A DNA stretch of 64,000 nt from Nageia nagi (lineage: Eukaryota > Plantae > Pinophyta): positions 63,736,001-63,800,000 of the forward strand of contig JBITNC010000001.1 of assembly GCA_050084985.1 (NCBI GenBank), in the 5' to 3' direction. Under the pieces are notes generated by a model, which was given only the letters and a program-made list of their open reading frames with translations, was not told the origin of the DNA and ran no database searches. Numbering within the stretch: the first letter of the stretch is position 1; the number at the start of each line of letters is the position of its first letter. This document shows positions 12,099 through 26,027 of the stretch, in pieces. The position numbers and the translations under genes are program-made.

Positions 12099-15000
12099 TA
12101 GAAGAAGGCATGTTGGATGATGGAGGATTGCCATAGGTAGGATCATGATGATAAATACCACTATAAGGATCAAGAAGGGTGGACATATTTGGTTTATGGA
12201 ATGAAGTTACAATTGTGACAACATGGCACAAGGAAGGAGGAGGCAAAGTTTGTGACACCCCTATCTCCTCTTCCAAAGGAAGTGGTAAATTGGCAAAGTG
12301 TTGGCTTTTCGTGTTAGCAACATGGGAAGATGAAGGCCTAAAACCTAGAGATTGTTTGGCCCTAAACTAAAGAAAAGGTTCTTGGACATAAGGATCACTC
12401 AAAAAGATTTTTTACTCAATGTAGGATGATCATGAATAGCTTTCACATGATGTGGAGAACTAGGATCACCATACAAGGGATTCTTATGTAGACTTGATTG
12501 CAAATCTTTATGAAATTATGGATCCTCTTGATGGGATGGGATAGAAACATGTATAGGTGAAGAAGCTGGGATATGAGAAGGTTGAGACATATGAAGTGAA
12601 GGTGGTTGAGACATATGAGGTGAATATGGTTGAGAAGGTGGATTTGATTATGAAGATCTTATTTATCTAGCCTTAAATTGTGCCCTAGTTTTAATTGTAT
12701 TATGTGATTCACCTTCCATATTGGGAACACCAATAAAGATTTAAACAAATAAAGTGGCATAAATCAAAGTGTCCCAATGGTGCAACATAAGTGAAAGCAA
12801 AGAAACACAAAATCTAAAATCTTGTTATGATCTTCTTAGTGGATGACAAATTAAGGCACACAACCCTAATATGATCTCAAGACATCCTTCCTATATGCAA
12901 GATAGAAAGAGCGTGAAATATAGCAATAATGATTATCTTATCTAATCACTTCTTGTTCAATTAGAAAGATTATCTTTTTAATGAGATGAATTTTTTAGTA
13001 GCTTATAAATTTTGACTCTTGTAAATTTTCCTAAAGATGAGTCTAGTTAAGCATTTTTACATAAGGATCAATCTCTAGGGGTGTAGATCATTTTACAAGG
13101 GTACTCAAGTACCTCTATTGACTGCTTACTAAATAGAGGGGGGTTCCCACCTTGGTGATGAAATCCAAGTATGGGTTAGATCATGGTGATGAATTCCATG
13201 TACCCTAAATACTCCCTAGGCTTGTGAGGACTTTAAATGCAAGTACAATAAAGAAAATATGGAATGCAACTAAATGTGTGCAAAATGCAACAAAACCCTT
13301 CCAATATTTGCCTTTTTCTTTTCATAACAAAAACAATTTCAAAACAAAAGGGACTCCCACCCAGGGATGATTTTGATTTTAATAATGCAAGCAGGAGAAC
13401 AAAATGAATTAGCTTTTTCATTTTTCTTTCGATTTTTTTAAGAAAAATAATGGCAAAACTAAACAAGATAACAATCCTAAAAATGCACTCAACATACAAA
13501 TCCTAACCTAAAGCATGACAAAAGAGGGGTAATTACCTAGAAGGCTCCAACTCCAAGCTCCTGGTATGTGGAATACCTATGATACAAACTCTGATCCTAG
13601 TAGATGTTATACAGACTAGCTAGTAGTACCAACCAGTGGGTCAATCAATCAGCTGACCAACTGATCACAATAGTACCTAAAGAATTTGAAAATTCAAATT
13701 TAAAAGCACTAAATAAAGCATTAAATGAAGAACCTAGTAGTTGAAATGCTAATAGAGGACTACTGCCACCTAATTACAAGGTTGGGAATCTATGACACTT
13801 GTAAAAAAAATTACATAATCTAGCTCAAAACCCTAAATGACTCTAACTAGTATGACTCAAACTAGATGAAAAAGAGGAGTCGATGGGGTAGGAATCAATA
13901 AACAGTTCAAATCTCCAAACTCCAACCAATTTGCTAAAGGCTAGTCAAACTCTATAAATCAGTCTGCAAGGAACCAACTACCGCTCTGCTGACTTTTGTA
14001 CTCCAAAAGTTTTAGAGATTCATCTAAGATGGGTTAGGAATGTTCCCTAAAAAAAATTAGACTAAGTCAGTACATAGAGGTATCTAAAAAACACTAGAAA
14101 AAGGGATCAAAGATAATAAACAAAATAAAGGTAAAGGGGTACAAAAACCCCATTATAATTGTAAGATATTAAACCAAGGAAAGTCCCACCATGATCACCA
14201 GATTGTAAACCTCCAAAAAAAGGGAGACCCCACACTTGGGGTCCCAACCCCTAGGAAGGAACTACTTTGTAATGTCTTAAACATTGCTTGAAAATTTGAT
14301 TAGATCAATGATAATAAATAAAAATAGAAGGAGACATGGTTTAAAATATTTTTCTTTTCTTTGTACAATGCCCATAACCTCAAACAACTTGCAAATAAGA
14401 CCAAAGGGGAAGCTTCTAAGTCATAGGTCCTTAAGACCCTAGGACCATGCAAAGAGAGCTAAATGAGCTTGTAAAACCCCCACCTTGAATCAACAAGGCA
14501 ATTGAAAATGGAATGATGCCTATAATGCAAGCTAGCTTAGGATTAAAAATATATTAACAAACACAAAATAAACTAGACCGCCCTAGCCTAAATCTGCAAG
14601 GGACTAACCTAAGATAACTAGTATGCAATCATGCACCCAAATAATAATAATAATAACACAAAAGGATATATGATTAAACTCCCTTTGGTGTTTCCTTAAG
14701 ATCCTACAAAAACACTAAAGACAATCATTAGAACCACAAAACAAAGGCCAAGAATGTATTACCCAAGGTTTCTTTGCATGAAGAGGATAAAAATCCCCTT
14801 TTCATTGCCTTGTAAGTGATGGGTATAGCTTCAAATGAGAGAATCTTGGCCAAAATATAGAAAGGGTAGTCCTAAGTGCACATGGACAATAAGAAGTCAT
14901 GGGTTTTTCCATTGTAGAAGTGAATAGAAAGAGAGGGAATTCTAATTTTGAATTGACTTTTATAAAAGTTTAGCTAGTGATCAGTAAGGGTTTTAACCTA

Positions 15001-15204
15001 ACTGACTAGCCGATCCCCTAACCAGTGGACTGGTTAGATTCCAAGGTCACAAGATGGTAACAAAGGCTCAAGTTACCAAAATCGATAGTGCAAATGGGAT
15101 TGGAATAAGACAAAGGGCTGATGGGATCGCAATGAGCAGCAGGACAAGTTGAATCATCATGAATCGCCTAAGGTAGATGAATGAACAATTTTGAGGTATC
15201 TACA
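12099..15204 (-). mobile_element. Decayed gypsy 5' portion: ~2.4 kb LTR (~12792-15204) and Pro/Ser-rich gag N-terminus
   Basis: Minus strand begins TGTAGATACCTCAAAATTG at 15204. Degenerate PBS-like sequence at ~12770-12790. MEGESHNTIKTRAQFK start at ~12719. Confidence 0.55.
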
Positions 15205-16626
15205 CATAAAATTCATTCTCATTTTAACTTGTTACAATAAGATTACCATACCTTTTTGAATCTCTGAATATACTTATCTAAGATTTCATTACTTCCTTGA
15301 TGTAGGGCACATAACTCTATGATGGTTCCTTATTCTTTGATATTATGCTTGTATTAGTTCATGAATCCTCATACTAATGACTTGAATGAATCTATGGATC
15401 CCTTTGGCAAATTGTAGAACATTAGATGGTGTTACCTTTTAAACTCCTTGGGAAAATTTTTACTATCAACTTCTTCTCCAATCCCAATTTCAGCAAGCAC
15501 TCCTCTTGAAAACTAATAAGATGTTTCTTTGGGTCTTGATCGCCACTAAACATCTCAAACTTGGGGGCCTTATGATTGGGGATAATTATAGATATCATTT
15601 AATTAGGGTGTGATGAATACGCCATCATAATCTTCCACTTTTTTCTCAAATATCTTAATATTCTTAAGATTGGTTACCCTTGTAGCTAGGGCTAGCTCTT
15701 TGTTAACTACAAATTATTATCTAAACTTTGCATCACAACCACTTACCTAGCTAAGTTTTGCATCATTTTGGCCAAGTTTGTTACAATTTGCTCCATTTTT
15801 TACACCAATAATAGCACAAAAATAGTCTTTCTTCACAAAAATATCGCAAGATCTCAACGGTAGGGAAAGATGAATCAAAATAGTTGGGTTCCCCAAAATA
15901 TAGACTAAAAATATTGCATGAATAATAAATTGAAGCACTATTCTTCTACAATGTAACATTGAAGCATATATCATAAATATGAATTTATTACGAACTTGAT
16001 AAGTGAGATGTCTTCATCAGATATGTATTTGAATAAATTAACAAGAATAATATATCAATCACAAAAATATACCATAAGAAATGAATGTCATGAATAACCT
16101 TAAAGTAGAATATACTTAACAACCCATAATATGTAGATCCATAAGTAGAAATTGAAATGCATGAAATAAGATGAAGGGTATAAGAGATATAAAGAATGGG
16201 TGGTATGATGAAACACCTTTGTTGGTTAGGTAAAATGATATTGCATATTCCAATATTTTTCTTTAACTCTCTACTCCTATCTGATTTATGTTGCCTTTAA
16301 TGTTCTTTTATAGCAACATTTCGATCCTCTTTGATTCTTGGGATCATTGCATATTACATTGTTTATGGTATCTTTCTTGATATTTGACACGTTACATTAC
16401 CTTAGGTATATTTTAACCCTTTTTACAATAAATAAGATTCTTGGGATCATTACATATTACATTGTTTATGGTGTCTTTCTTGATATTTGACACCTTACAT
16501 TATTTAATAGTTTATTACATTGATTACATTACCTTGGGTATATTTTAACCCTTTTTACAATAAATATTTTTTGATGCTATAAAATGAATTATTTAATAAA
16601 ATAAAATTCATTTTTAAGCATTTATA
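15205..16626 (-). mobile_element. Gypsy gag remnant plus LTR segment homologous to 4985-5608
   Basis: PKFEMFSGDQDPKKHLISF at ~15515-15570 (minus). LTR homology over 15900-16626, with an internal ~103-bp tandem duplication starting at ~16333 and ~16436. Confidence 0.65.
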
Positions 16627-16629
16627 CCA

Positions 16630-18600
16630 ATGAAACTCCACAAGAATTCATATGTGGGGTCTTGGGATCAAGTAAACTAGCATATAGGGGTCATCCCATG
16701 CCTTACCCTAAGAATTCACCTTGATATATGTACTATCAAGCTGTTAGATCACAAACATTACATGAAATGATCCTAACTAATTTTTATCTATCCAAAGAGG
16801 GTGACATCCCACTTTGGGGCTCACAATTTGGCTTAAATACCCATTGCTTGGTTACATTGAATGCCTAAATACAAATGTGATTACTAATAAAGCACCTCTA
16901 ACTATATAATCACCCATAATTAGCAAAATCATTCCTAAATTACTTTATTTCATGTTGAGACATCCCCTAAGGGTGGACATTAAACTCTTAGTGAACACCA
17001 TTGGTCTTATCATGTATAAAAAAGGTATAGATGAAAAAAAGGCACATGATACCTACCAAGATAGATTGAGATCCTTTTGCAATATCTATGTTTCTTCCCC
17101 ATATTTGCTTGCATCTTCTTTTCTTAGTTATAGATCTTGTTAAGATAAGATATTCTCCTCATGAGAGTTCAATATTAAATCCTCTTCATGATCCAACTTT
17201 TGGTAGATTAGATTTAGGATGGGGATAATTCCAATTATTTGATTTGCAATCTCTATGTTTCTTTAGTATTATCGATAATCCTATATTTTGAGAACTTTGT
17301 CTAACTCATCACTCAAATTTCAGGTCATACAATTATGATCCTCTTATGCTTTTGAAATAATTTCTTCTTCTTTGGTTGAATCCACTAGTTTTTATATTTT
17401 CCTTTGGATCTTCCTTTTTTTGATTTGGCTATAGAATTTCTTCCCTTGATGATTTCTTCTCCAAGATTTCCTCAACTTCCAAACTCATAAAATAGTTTTG
17501 AGTAAGGATCATCACCCCATCAATAGGTCCTTTTAAGGCCTACATTTTGATCTCTATCTTCAATCAAAATCTTCTTTTATTAACCTGAAAGTTATTCTAT
17601 CTTTGCTATAGGTTTTGGTTCTTCTTGTATCATTACCTTTTTTCTCCATACCTATTTCTTGTGTTTATCTTATGTCTTATTAGGAAACCAAGAAGAGACA
17701 TGTTCTTTTTTCTTGCACAAATCACATTCTTGCAATGTATTCTCATATTCAATAGGTTGGATCCATTATGCTATCTCATATATTAAATTAATATATTTTA
17801 AAATATCTGCATTTACATACACATTGATACATAATCATGCAAACACCATACAAGATTTAGCTCTAGTAATCTTGTCAATGGTGACAAGCTCTCCTATCCA
17901 ATTTGCAATACTTATTAAAACATCATCATGCCAATATTGGGAAGGGAGTCTAGGTAATCTTACCCAAATTGGTATACTATATATACCTTGTGTCTTTAGA
18001 TCAAAATATGTATCCCACTATCACAGGAACATTACTCTCCTCTCAAATATCCAAGGTCCTCCTCCTAAAACCTTTTGTAGATCTTCTTCAGAGTTTAACT
18101 TGGTCATGAAAAATCCATTTGAGATGGCAATGATATTAAACCTCCCCTCTACTTTCCATCTTTGATAAGCTTATTCTCACACATAAACCATATCTAAGTA
18201 AGGTCCTAATAGCTTACTAACTAAATTGATATCCCCTTATGAGGTTATCATTATGATTATCTCTAGTGGGATGATTAGTTTCCCTCCACTATTAGATTGA
18301 AGGTATTCTTTAACAATTTTAGAGTAGATCCTAAGGCCAGTTAGGCCATGATAATTTTTTGAGATCATTCTACACCACTGGTCCACCTATGGAAGTAGCC
18401 TTTGGAGGGGGGTCTAGGTATTCTCTCCTATTCCCCTCAAACAATCCATCCTTATCCTTAATTATCTTTTACTCACTACCTAAAGCTTGTTTTCCTGCTT
18501 CTCCTCTTATCACTTTACAATAACTAAACAAGAAGTTCTATCACCATTTCCTACTTGATCTGCTCTCGCTCCCTCTTTTGCCTATCCCATTTTGAATTTA
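16630..18600 (-). mobile_element. Decayed L1 LINE 5' part (ORF1 with DUF4283-type domain and zinc knuckle)
   Basis: Minus translation of ~17690-18170: GFFMTKLNSEEDLQKVLGGGPWIF...IPIWVRLPRLP...EYENTLQECDLCKKKEH. Outer boundaries approximate. Confidence 0.75.
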
Positions 18601-19119
18601 GAAAAGAGTTTTCTTTTTGACCTAGTCCCAAAGTTTTGCATTTTTACAATTATTTTATGAACCATAAAAGGCCTTCTATCTATCAAAGATTCTTTTTTCA
18701 ATAGTTAGATTTCAATTTAGTTTGTGATTAATATCAATATCAATATTTATAAGAGTGAATTACCTCTAGAGATTGATTGTTAAAGAAGATTGTAGGGTGA
18801 AGCATTTTTTAGGTTTACTCATCATAATTTTGATTTTTTCTACACTAACTATTAAACCAAATATATTATAGAATGCAAGGTTCATTTTAAGAGCCCTCAC
18901 CCTAATTTTCCTTATATAAATAATGGTAAATTTGTTTAAACATTATTATAATTTTAATTGAATGGTGTATAGTAAATGGAGCGAATTCAAATATAGGAAA
19001 AAATAATAATAAAGAAAATGATTTTAAACTTGAAGTTTTTTGATAATAAATAAGTTCCACTGTATACAAATATTTAAAATAAAAAAAAATGTCTAAAAAT
19101 ATTTGAAATTTTTTTCTTA

Positions 19120-19230
19120 TATTTTTTTATTATAAATAAAAATAAAAATATAATTTTTTTATTATAAATAAAAATAAAAATATAATTTTTTTATTATAAA
19201 TAAAAATAAAATATAATTTTTTTTATTTTT
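19120..19230. repeat. AT-only ~31-bp tandem repeat, about 3 copies
   Basis: Unit ttttttattataaataaaaataaaaatataat. Confidence 0.8.
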
Positions 19231-20399
19231 TAATATTTAAAAATATTTGAAATAAAAAAATTATATCGTCTAATTGTATAATTTATTTAAATATTTATAC
19301 AAAATGAAAAATATTTAAATTTATACAATTAAAATATTAATATCAAAAATAAAAATGCATTGACATATGACAATTATATTAGAAAAAAGATATAAAATTA
19401 AATTCCTTTTGTAAATATTATTATTTCCAGAATGTGAATGTTCTATTATATTTTATAATATAGATTATATTATTTCAAGTTATAAGGCAAATGAATTTTG
19501 AAAATATTTTATTCATTAAATTGAAAATTTGTAATATTCATTATAAAATAAAATCATTTATACTTTAAATTTAATAATAATTAGCTTTGAAGGTTGCAAG
19601 ATGGAATTTTTAGGTTGCATCATGCAACCAACAAGTTGTATGATGTAGCTTGAGGTTTGCAAGATGCAACCTTTAGATTTCATGAAAGGTTACATCATGT
19701 GGTTGGGATGTAACCTTCAATTAACATGATGCATCCTTTAAGTTGCAAGAATAAAAAGTTGTACCATACAAAGTAAAGGTTGCATGATATATAATCTCTA
19801 GATAACATTAAAATATAATTAAAAAATTCCATGCCTTTAAAATATTTAATACTTACAAATATAGATCAACATATCATATCAAATCTTGGAATAATGAAAC
19901 CCTTCAAATCATACACCTATTGGTTATTTCATGCAACCGATCGATAGTAGAAAAACTTGTCAATTGTTTAAGATTTTAAAAGATAAATAAATTTCAAATT
20001 CTCATATTTCTTTTGCAATCGCATATTTACCGTATAACACTTGTAGTGACTGAAATTTGTGCATACAAGTGTATCTATCCTACATGGAAAACAAAAATAC
20101 TTAACAATTATTTCTTACGCACAATGTAACTTGATGCACTTACTTGATGGTAAAGTGTAACTTCCCATTCTTTAGATATATCAAATATAAAATATATATC
20201 AACTTATTGAATCACCATAGATAGTTGTAGATCATTGTAGGTCGTGGTTGTTGAATCATTATAGATAGCTTGTAGTTGCAATTATTAAGTTGAATCATCC
20301 CAACTTACAAATTCCTTGGAAGTGTTAGAGGTTTGGAAGTAGGGGTAAGGGTTGTAAGGTTAGGGTTAGTAGGTTAATATACATATGCTTAGGTATAAG

Positions 20400-22400
20400 A
20401 AGAAAATATGTATCTGTTAACATTTTTATAAGTAATGTAGCTTCAATTTTTTTAGTTCTAAAAATATACTTTTTTATGAAATCTATATCGGGTTAGATCT
20501 CTTATAATGAATGATGATATAAATAAATCTAATGGCTCATGGGGATGAGTTAGATTCTAAAATTTATTCAGGATAAAAATAAATATTGATCACTCCCTTG
20601 AAGAGCCACAAATAGTATGTTTTGATTGAAAATTTACTCTCTTTTATTCCTCCTTAAATCAACTTCTCTTTCCTATTATGAACAATCCTAATCTTAGAGA
20701 GAATATGCTTCATCCCTTCTACTAACATTAAATTCCTCCACTTAAGAATATTACTATGATCCAAATGTTCTTTATAATTTTTTAACAAATAACCCAAAGC
20801 TTTTTGAAAAGTGATTTGCATGTCTTGTACCTATTCATGATTATTAATTGTTGAATCTCAAACCAATACCCTTCCTAAATTTTTATTGACTATCAAATTC
20901 TTATAATCTATTTTAGGAGTTTAGTGATCACCTCCATATAATCCGTCATGAAGTTCTAAATTTTTGAGCCATGGAGACAATTATTAATTTAAAGTATGCA
21001 AAGCTACCAATTATCCAAACATTAAACTCTTGTGGTCTTATTCTATTGCTTATTTTTAATCCTTAAAGCATATTTGAACAAGTTTATTCACAAGGCTTTG
21101 TTAAAAGCCTTTATATTTTTTAAACTAAGTATTCTTTTAGATTTATGAAGGCTAACCTTCTTCTAGCCCATTAATCAAAATTTATTGCCCTTTTAATCAC
21201 TTTTTAATGAAATTTTATTATAATGTTGGTCAATTTAATATATTCAAATATGGCTTTCAATACAATTCAAATCAAAAGGATTGTTCTTGCAAAAGAAAGA
21301 TAATTTATTATAATTATAATTTTTATTAAAGTCATTATATGAGGGTATCCCAAATCCTTTTAATCAATATGCTTGTAAATAAGGATACTCTTAGATAAGT
21401 CCTTGATAATTTGTTAACCCCAAATTGATAGCATTTTATCATGTTATGGGTAGTAAACCTTAGATTTTCTATTCACCATTTGACTTAATGCTTCTTCATA
21501 ATTATTGAAAATATGCTTAAATTCCGTTTCTTCTTACATGCTTACTCTCACAAATAATAAGATATCATCAACAGGTTGTAGATATATGAGATTCTCCACC
21601 TAAGAAGCAACATTTATTCCCCTTATATATCCTAGTTTATACTCTTCATGAATTAAGGCCTCTAAAGTATTTTCCATGATAATGAAAAGATAAGGATTAA
21701 AAAAAATTACTATGATAAAAAGAATAAAAGAGGAAATGCATTAGTTGGTCAAACCAATTGAATATAGATTAAGGTAAATTTTATTTAAAATGTTAAGTAA
21801 AAAGTTTCAATTAAATATATAATAGGCCTTGTTGATGTCAAGTTCCATAAAAATATCTTTGGTTTTATTAACCATAATTAAGTGAGCTCATTTGTCAGCC
21901 AAAATTACATTGTCTAAAATTTATCTTCCTTCAAAGAAGTCTCCTTATTGCTAAGTGACAAAACTAAGGTATTTCTTCAATTAGTTTGCCATTACATGTA
22001 AGGCCACTTTATAGACTATGTTGCGAAGTAAAATAAGTTTAAACTTTTCTTTAATTTAAAATGAATATCCTAAGGAATAAGAATAATGAAGGTTGATTTT
22101 ATTTCCTTTATGATTCTCCTTGATTAACAAGATTCCTCTATTACTACCAAAAGATCATTGTAATAATATTCTAAAAGTGATGCTTAAAGGAAAATTATTT
22201 GAATTTAGCACTTTATATTTACTCATAATAAATAGAGTATCCTTAACTTCTTCCTTGATTATCTTTCATTTTAGTATTTTATTATGGTAGGATAAAGAAA
22301 CTTTCTACTAAATTAGTAAGTCTCACATAATAAAAATCTAAAAATTATAACTATCTTATAAAGAAAGTTCACCAAAATGGTGATCAAACTCTAATGACCC
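20400..22400 (-). mobile_element. Highly eroded L1 LINE reverse-transcriptase remnant, copy 1
   Basis: Minus-strand LQPVDDILLF (~21555-21585) and MELDINKAY (~21820-21850) match the L1 RT motifs HLQFADDTLLF and KLDxxKAYD. Confidence 0.65.
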
Positions 22401-22499
22401 CTGATAGGGCTTTTAAGATAGTAACCGAAAAGACAAGCACATCTTTTTACATAGTTTAAATCAAAAGGACTATTGTCGCAAAGGAAAGACACTTACATT

Positions 22500-23560
22500 T
22501 TCATAATGCTAATCTTTGTTGAACTCATTTTATAAAGAAATCCTGAATTATTTCGATCTATATACTTGTAAATAAGAGGATTCCTTGATAAGTCATTGGG
22601 AATAAACCAATAATTTTTTTTAAAGATCCTTACAATATTATTTTGTTATGATATAACTACACTAAAGAAATAAATATTACATTTTCTTTTATTTATAATT
22701 TGACTTGATGCTTCTTCATAATTGCTCAAAATATACCAAATCTCTTTGCTTCTTGCAAACTAACTCTATCAAATAATAAGGTGTAAATAACAAATTGTAA
22801 ATGCACATGATCCTCCACTTGAGGAGTAACATCTATTCTCCCTATATCTCCTACTTTATAAGCTTTATGAATCAAAGTATTTAAAGTCATTTTCCATGAT
22901 GATGAATAGGTAAGAGGAAAGATGATTCCCTTATTTTATGTTTTGGTTAGAAACATTGAGGAAATAATTCACCAAGATACAAAAATGAACAAATGATATA
23001 AATTGGTTGGTTTCATTAACCCAATTCAAATTTAGATAAAGTTTATTAAAATTTTGAGCATAAACTTCTTATTCACTCTATTATAAGCCTTATTATTGCT
23101 AGGTTCTAGAAAGATACTTGTGGTTTTATTATATGGAATTAAGTGAGCTCACTCATAGGTCAAACTAGCCTTGTTTAAGATTTTACCTCCTTATTCTTAA
23201 GTGATGAAATTAAACTATTTCTTTAATGAATTTATCATGACACTTGAGATCACTTTACAAATTATGTTGCAAAGGAAAGCAAACCTAAAATATATAATTA
23301 TTTCATATTAATTTTGCTTAGAAATGAGAACTATGATAATAATGTTTAACTCCTTTAAAATCCTTCTTAATTGATGAGATTCATCTATACAATAAAATCA
23401 ATTATCATAATATTCTAACAATAATGAAAAATAATTAAAAGAAAATCATTCAAACCTAATACTTTATCCTTACCTAATAACCTTAACTTCTTCCATGATT
23501 ACTTTTTATTTGAAATTTTTATTATGATAAAATAGATAAATTGTTTATTGCTTACTAAAT
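22500..23560 (-). mobile_element. Highly eroded L1 RT remnant, copy 2
   Basis: Colinear with ~21330-22340. HVHLQFVIYTLLF at ~22770-22810. Confidence 0.65.
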
Positions 23561-24819
23561 CACTTAAAATAAAAAATATAAAACTATAATCAAATATACT
23601 CCTTTGAATAAAAAAAACTAATATAATTTAAAATTTTAATTTTCTTTTTATATATTGGTACGATGTAACCCTATCCATATAAAATTACTAAATATATTAA
23701 TATCCACTTTTCAATAAAAATAAAAAAATATAATATCAATAAACCAATTCAGTTAACCTTTAAATCAAATTTTTTATAATAAAAAATTAATAAACATAAA
23801 AATAAACAAATAGGTAAATACATAACATGTCTATTCAAAGTGGATCGATGAAATCGATAATTTCTATTGTCGAAATAAGTAAAGTGGTAAAAAAATATTC
23901 AAACATAGATGAATAAAGTGGTCAACCCACACCCATGATAAGGCAAAATGGATAAAACTAATTATTTCTATTTTCAAGACAAATATAGTGGCAAATAAAT
24001 ATTCATAGAAATAAGTAAGTTGATCAACCCACATCCATGATGAGGCAATGCTTCAAGTTCCAATCCCTCATTTCTCGTAGAACTGATGGTATGTCTCGTT
24101 AACATTATCAACTATGTTAAAAAGTTTATTTGGTATAGACAATTGTAATGGCAACAAAAGTAGGATTCAAACTCACATTGATGCAAAGAAAATTGTAACT
24201 AGTTACCGATTCCAATTATAGTAGCATCAGGAGTAGGATTCAAACCCACAATGATGTGAATAAATTATAACTAGTTATCAATTCCGCAATGGTAGAAAAA
24301 TAGCTTGTCTATCATGATGGATGAATAAAACTGATAATATATATTTTTAAGATGCTTAAAGTAGTGAAGAAGGAATATCATATTCATCAAAGGTGAATAA
24401 ATAAATTGATAATTTTTATTGTCGAGATTCAAATTCTAACAACTTTTTATAATTTAAAATTTTTAAAATTTTCTCCATATTTTAATGCAAGAATTCAAGC
24501 ATTACCAAGAATTTCCCAATTATACTAACATAAATTTAATTTCGTTTTTATCAAATCATCTTCAGTCTCCTCAATCCTTCTCCCCTTCATTACGACTACT
24601 CAACCCAACCACCATAACTTCAACAATTCCATCACTCTTTTCATAAAATATATATATATATAAAGGGTGAGTACTTTCCTATTTATTTACTTTCTGCACT
24701 ACAAAATTACGATAATAGCTAATCCATCCGATTCATGAACCTCAGTCACAGGGAAATAGATATCCCCTAAACTCCTCTTCTCTAAACTAAAAAAATTGTA
24801 GTGGGGTCGAGATTTGACA

Positions 24820-24822
24820 ATG
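24820..24822 (+). CDS. ARP9: ARP9 coding exon 1 (ATG only)
   Basis: ACAATG|GTATGC donor, joining in frame to DYLK at 24921. Confidence 0.8.
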
Positions 24823-24920
24823 GTATGCAATGCTTCATGAAGTAAAGTTCAATTCTCACAGAGGAGGCGAAGAAATGATGAATTACCTTTAACTCCAAAT
24901 TGAATTGAATTCTTGTGCAG

Positions 24921-24993
24921 GACTACTTAAAACAGGTGGTACCTTCTCAGCTTGTTTCAGATAGAGGTTCCAACATTGTGGTTATCAATCCAG
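24921..24993 (+). CDS. ARP9: ARP9 exon 2
   Basis: tgcag|DYLKQVVPSQLVSDRGSNIVVINP-G|gtatgt. Confidence 0.93.
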
Positions 24994-25096
24994 GTATGTA
25001 GCGTATATGCATGCAATAGCACATATATAGCTGTTCAGTATATAGAGGTTTTGGGCTGAAACCTGTTTATGTTATGGTATGGTTCTGTGTTTGAAG

Positions 25097-25224
25097 GGTC
25101 TGAGAACATTAGGATTGGTGTGGCATCATGGCAAGCTCCTTTCGTAGTTCCCCATTGCGTTGCTGTAAGAATGAAGGGCTCCATGGATGAGAAAACCCAA
25201 CTGGAAAAGGAAAAATGGGAGCAA
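25097..25224 (+). CDS. ARP9: ARP9 exon 3
   Basis: gaag|SENIRIGVASWQAPFVVPHCVA...KWEQ|gtaagt. Confidence 0.92.
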
Positions 25225-25382
25225 GTAAGTAGAGGGATTTGAAAAACATGAACATCCTTTGATAAAAATGAATATATTGAGGTTCGAAGTTTGCAGTTGA
25301 AATTGAAGTTGTCTAAAATTAAATGGGTAATATTATTTGACATTTTTATGGATTTGTTCGAGTTATTTTATTGAAATTTTAG

Positions 25383-25442
25383 GTTTATAAATGTCCTGTA
25401 TCACCTTCGCGGGAAAGGGAAAGGGAAGATGCATATGACGCG
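25383..25442 (+). CDS. ARP9: ARP9 exon 4
   Basis: tttag|VYKCPVSPSREREREDAYDA|gtaaga, corresponding to the ERERAY motif. Confidence 0.88.
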
Positions 25443-25961
25443 GTAAGATGAATTTATTTTTTTATGTTGTATCATGCTTGGCTTTGCAATTACAATTTTT
25501 GAAATTTTGAATGCATCTTGTTTTCTTGTCATAAATCCCATACTACGTGTCAGAATATGTTACATTACACTGTATGCTTTTATTTTTATATTGAAAAGAA
25601 GATCTACTGAAGATGGAGATTGTGGATATCTTTGAATATGGTATATGTGTTAAAATTTAATGTGTTTAATGGTCTAGTGAAAACTAGATGGTTTTATTTC
25701 ATTAGCTCACTCAGTATGAGTCACTTTCACTTTCAAAGATGTGCTTATGCGAGAATCCTTTAACCTTAGCCAATTGGCAAATATTAGTTCTGTATATTAG
25801 GGTCCATTAGTCACCTCTTCATCATGTATATCATGGAGTCATATTCATGTAAATCTTTCATTGTATCGCAGAATTGGATTTTGTGGAAATGGTTGTGAAA
25901 TTTACATCATCTTTTTGAACTTGGCTGCTATGTAGTGATTCTGATGATATAGCTGCTGCAG

Positions 25962-26027
25962 ATTAAGATGTACTTCGACGTGGAATCTCCAGAATATGAA
26001 AGAGATACTGAATCCTGGTACCGTAAG
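25962..26027 (+). CDS. ARP9: ARP9 exon 5 (alternative in-frame acceptor at 25953)
   Basis: ctgcag|IKMYFDVESPEYERDTESWYRK|gtatta. Phase 0/0; ends in RK like angiosperm orthologues; otherwise weakly conserved. Confidence 0.65.

Noticed and set aside
24160-24250. tRNA gene or SINE (B-box-like GGTTTGAATCC on the minus strand)
   Set aside because: No cloverleaf or A-box could be built.
25035-25343. 102-aa minus-strand ORF
   Set aside because: Antisense shadow of ARP9 exon 3.
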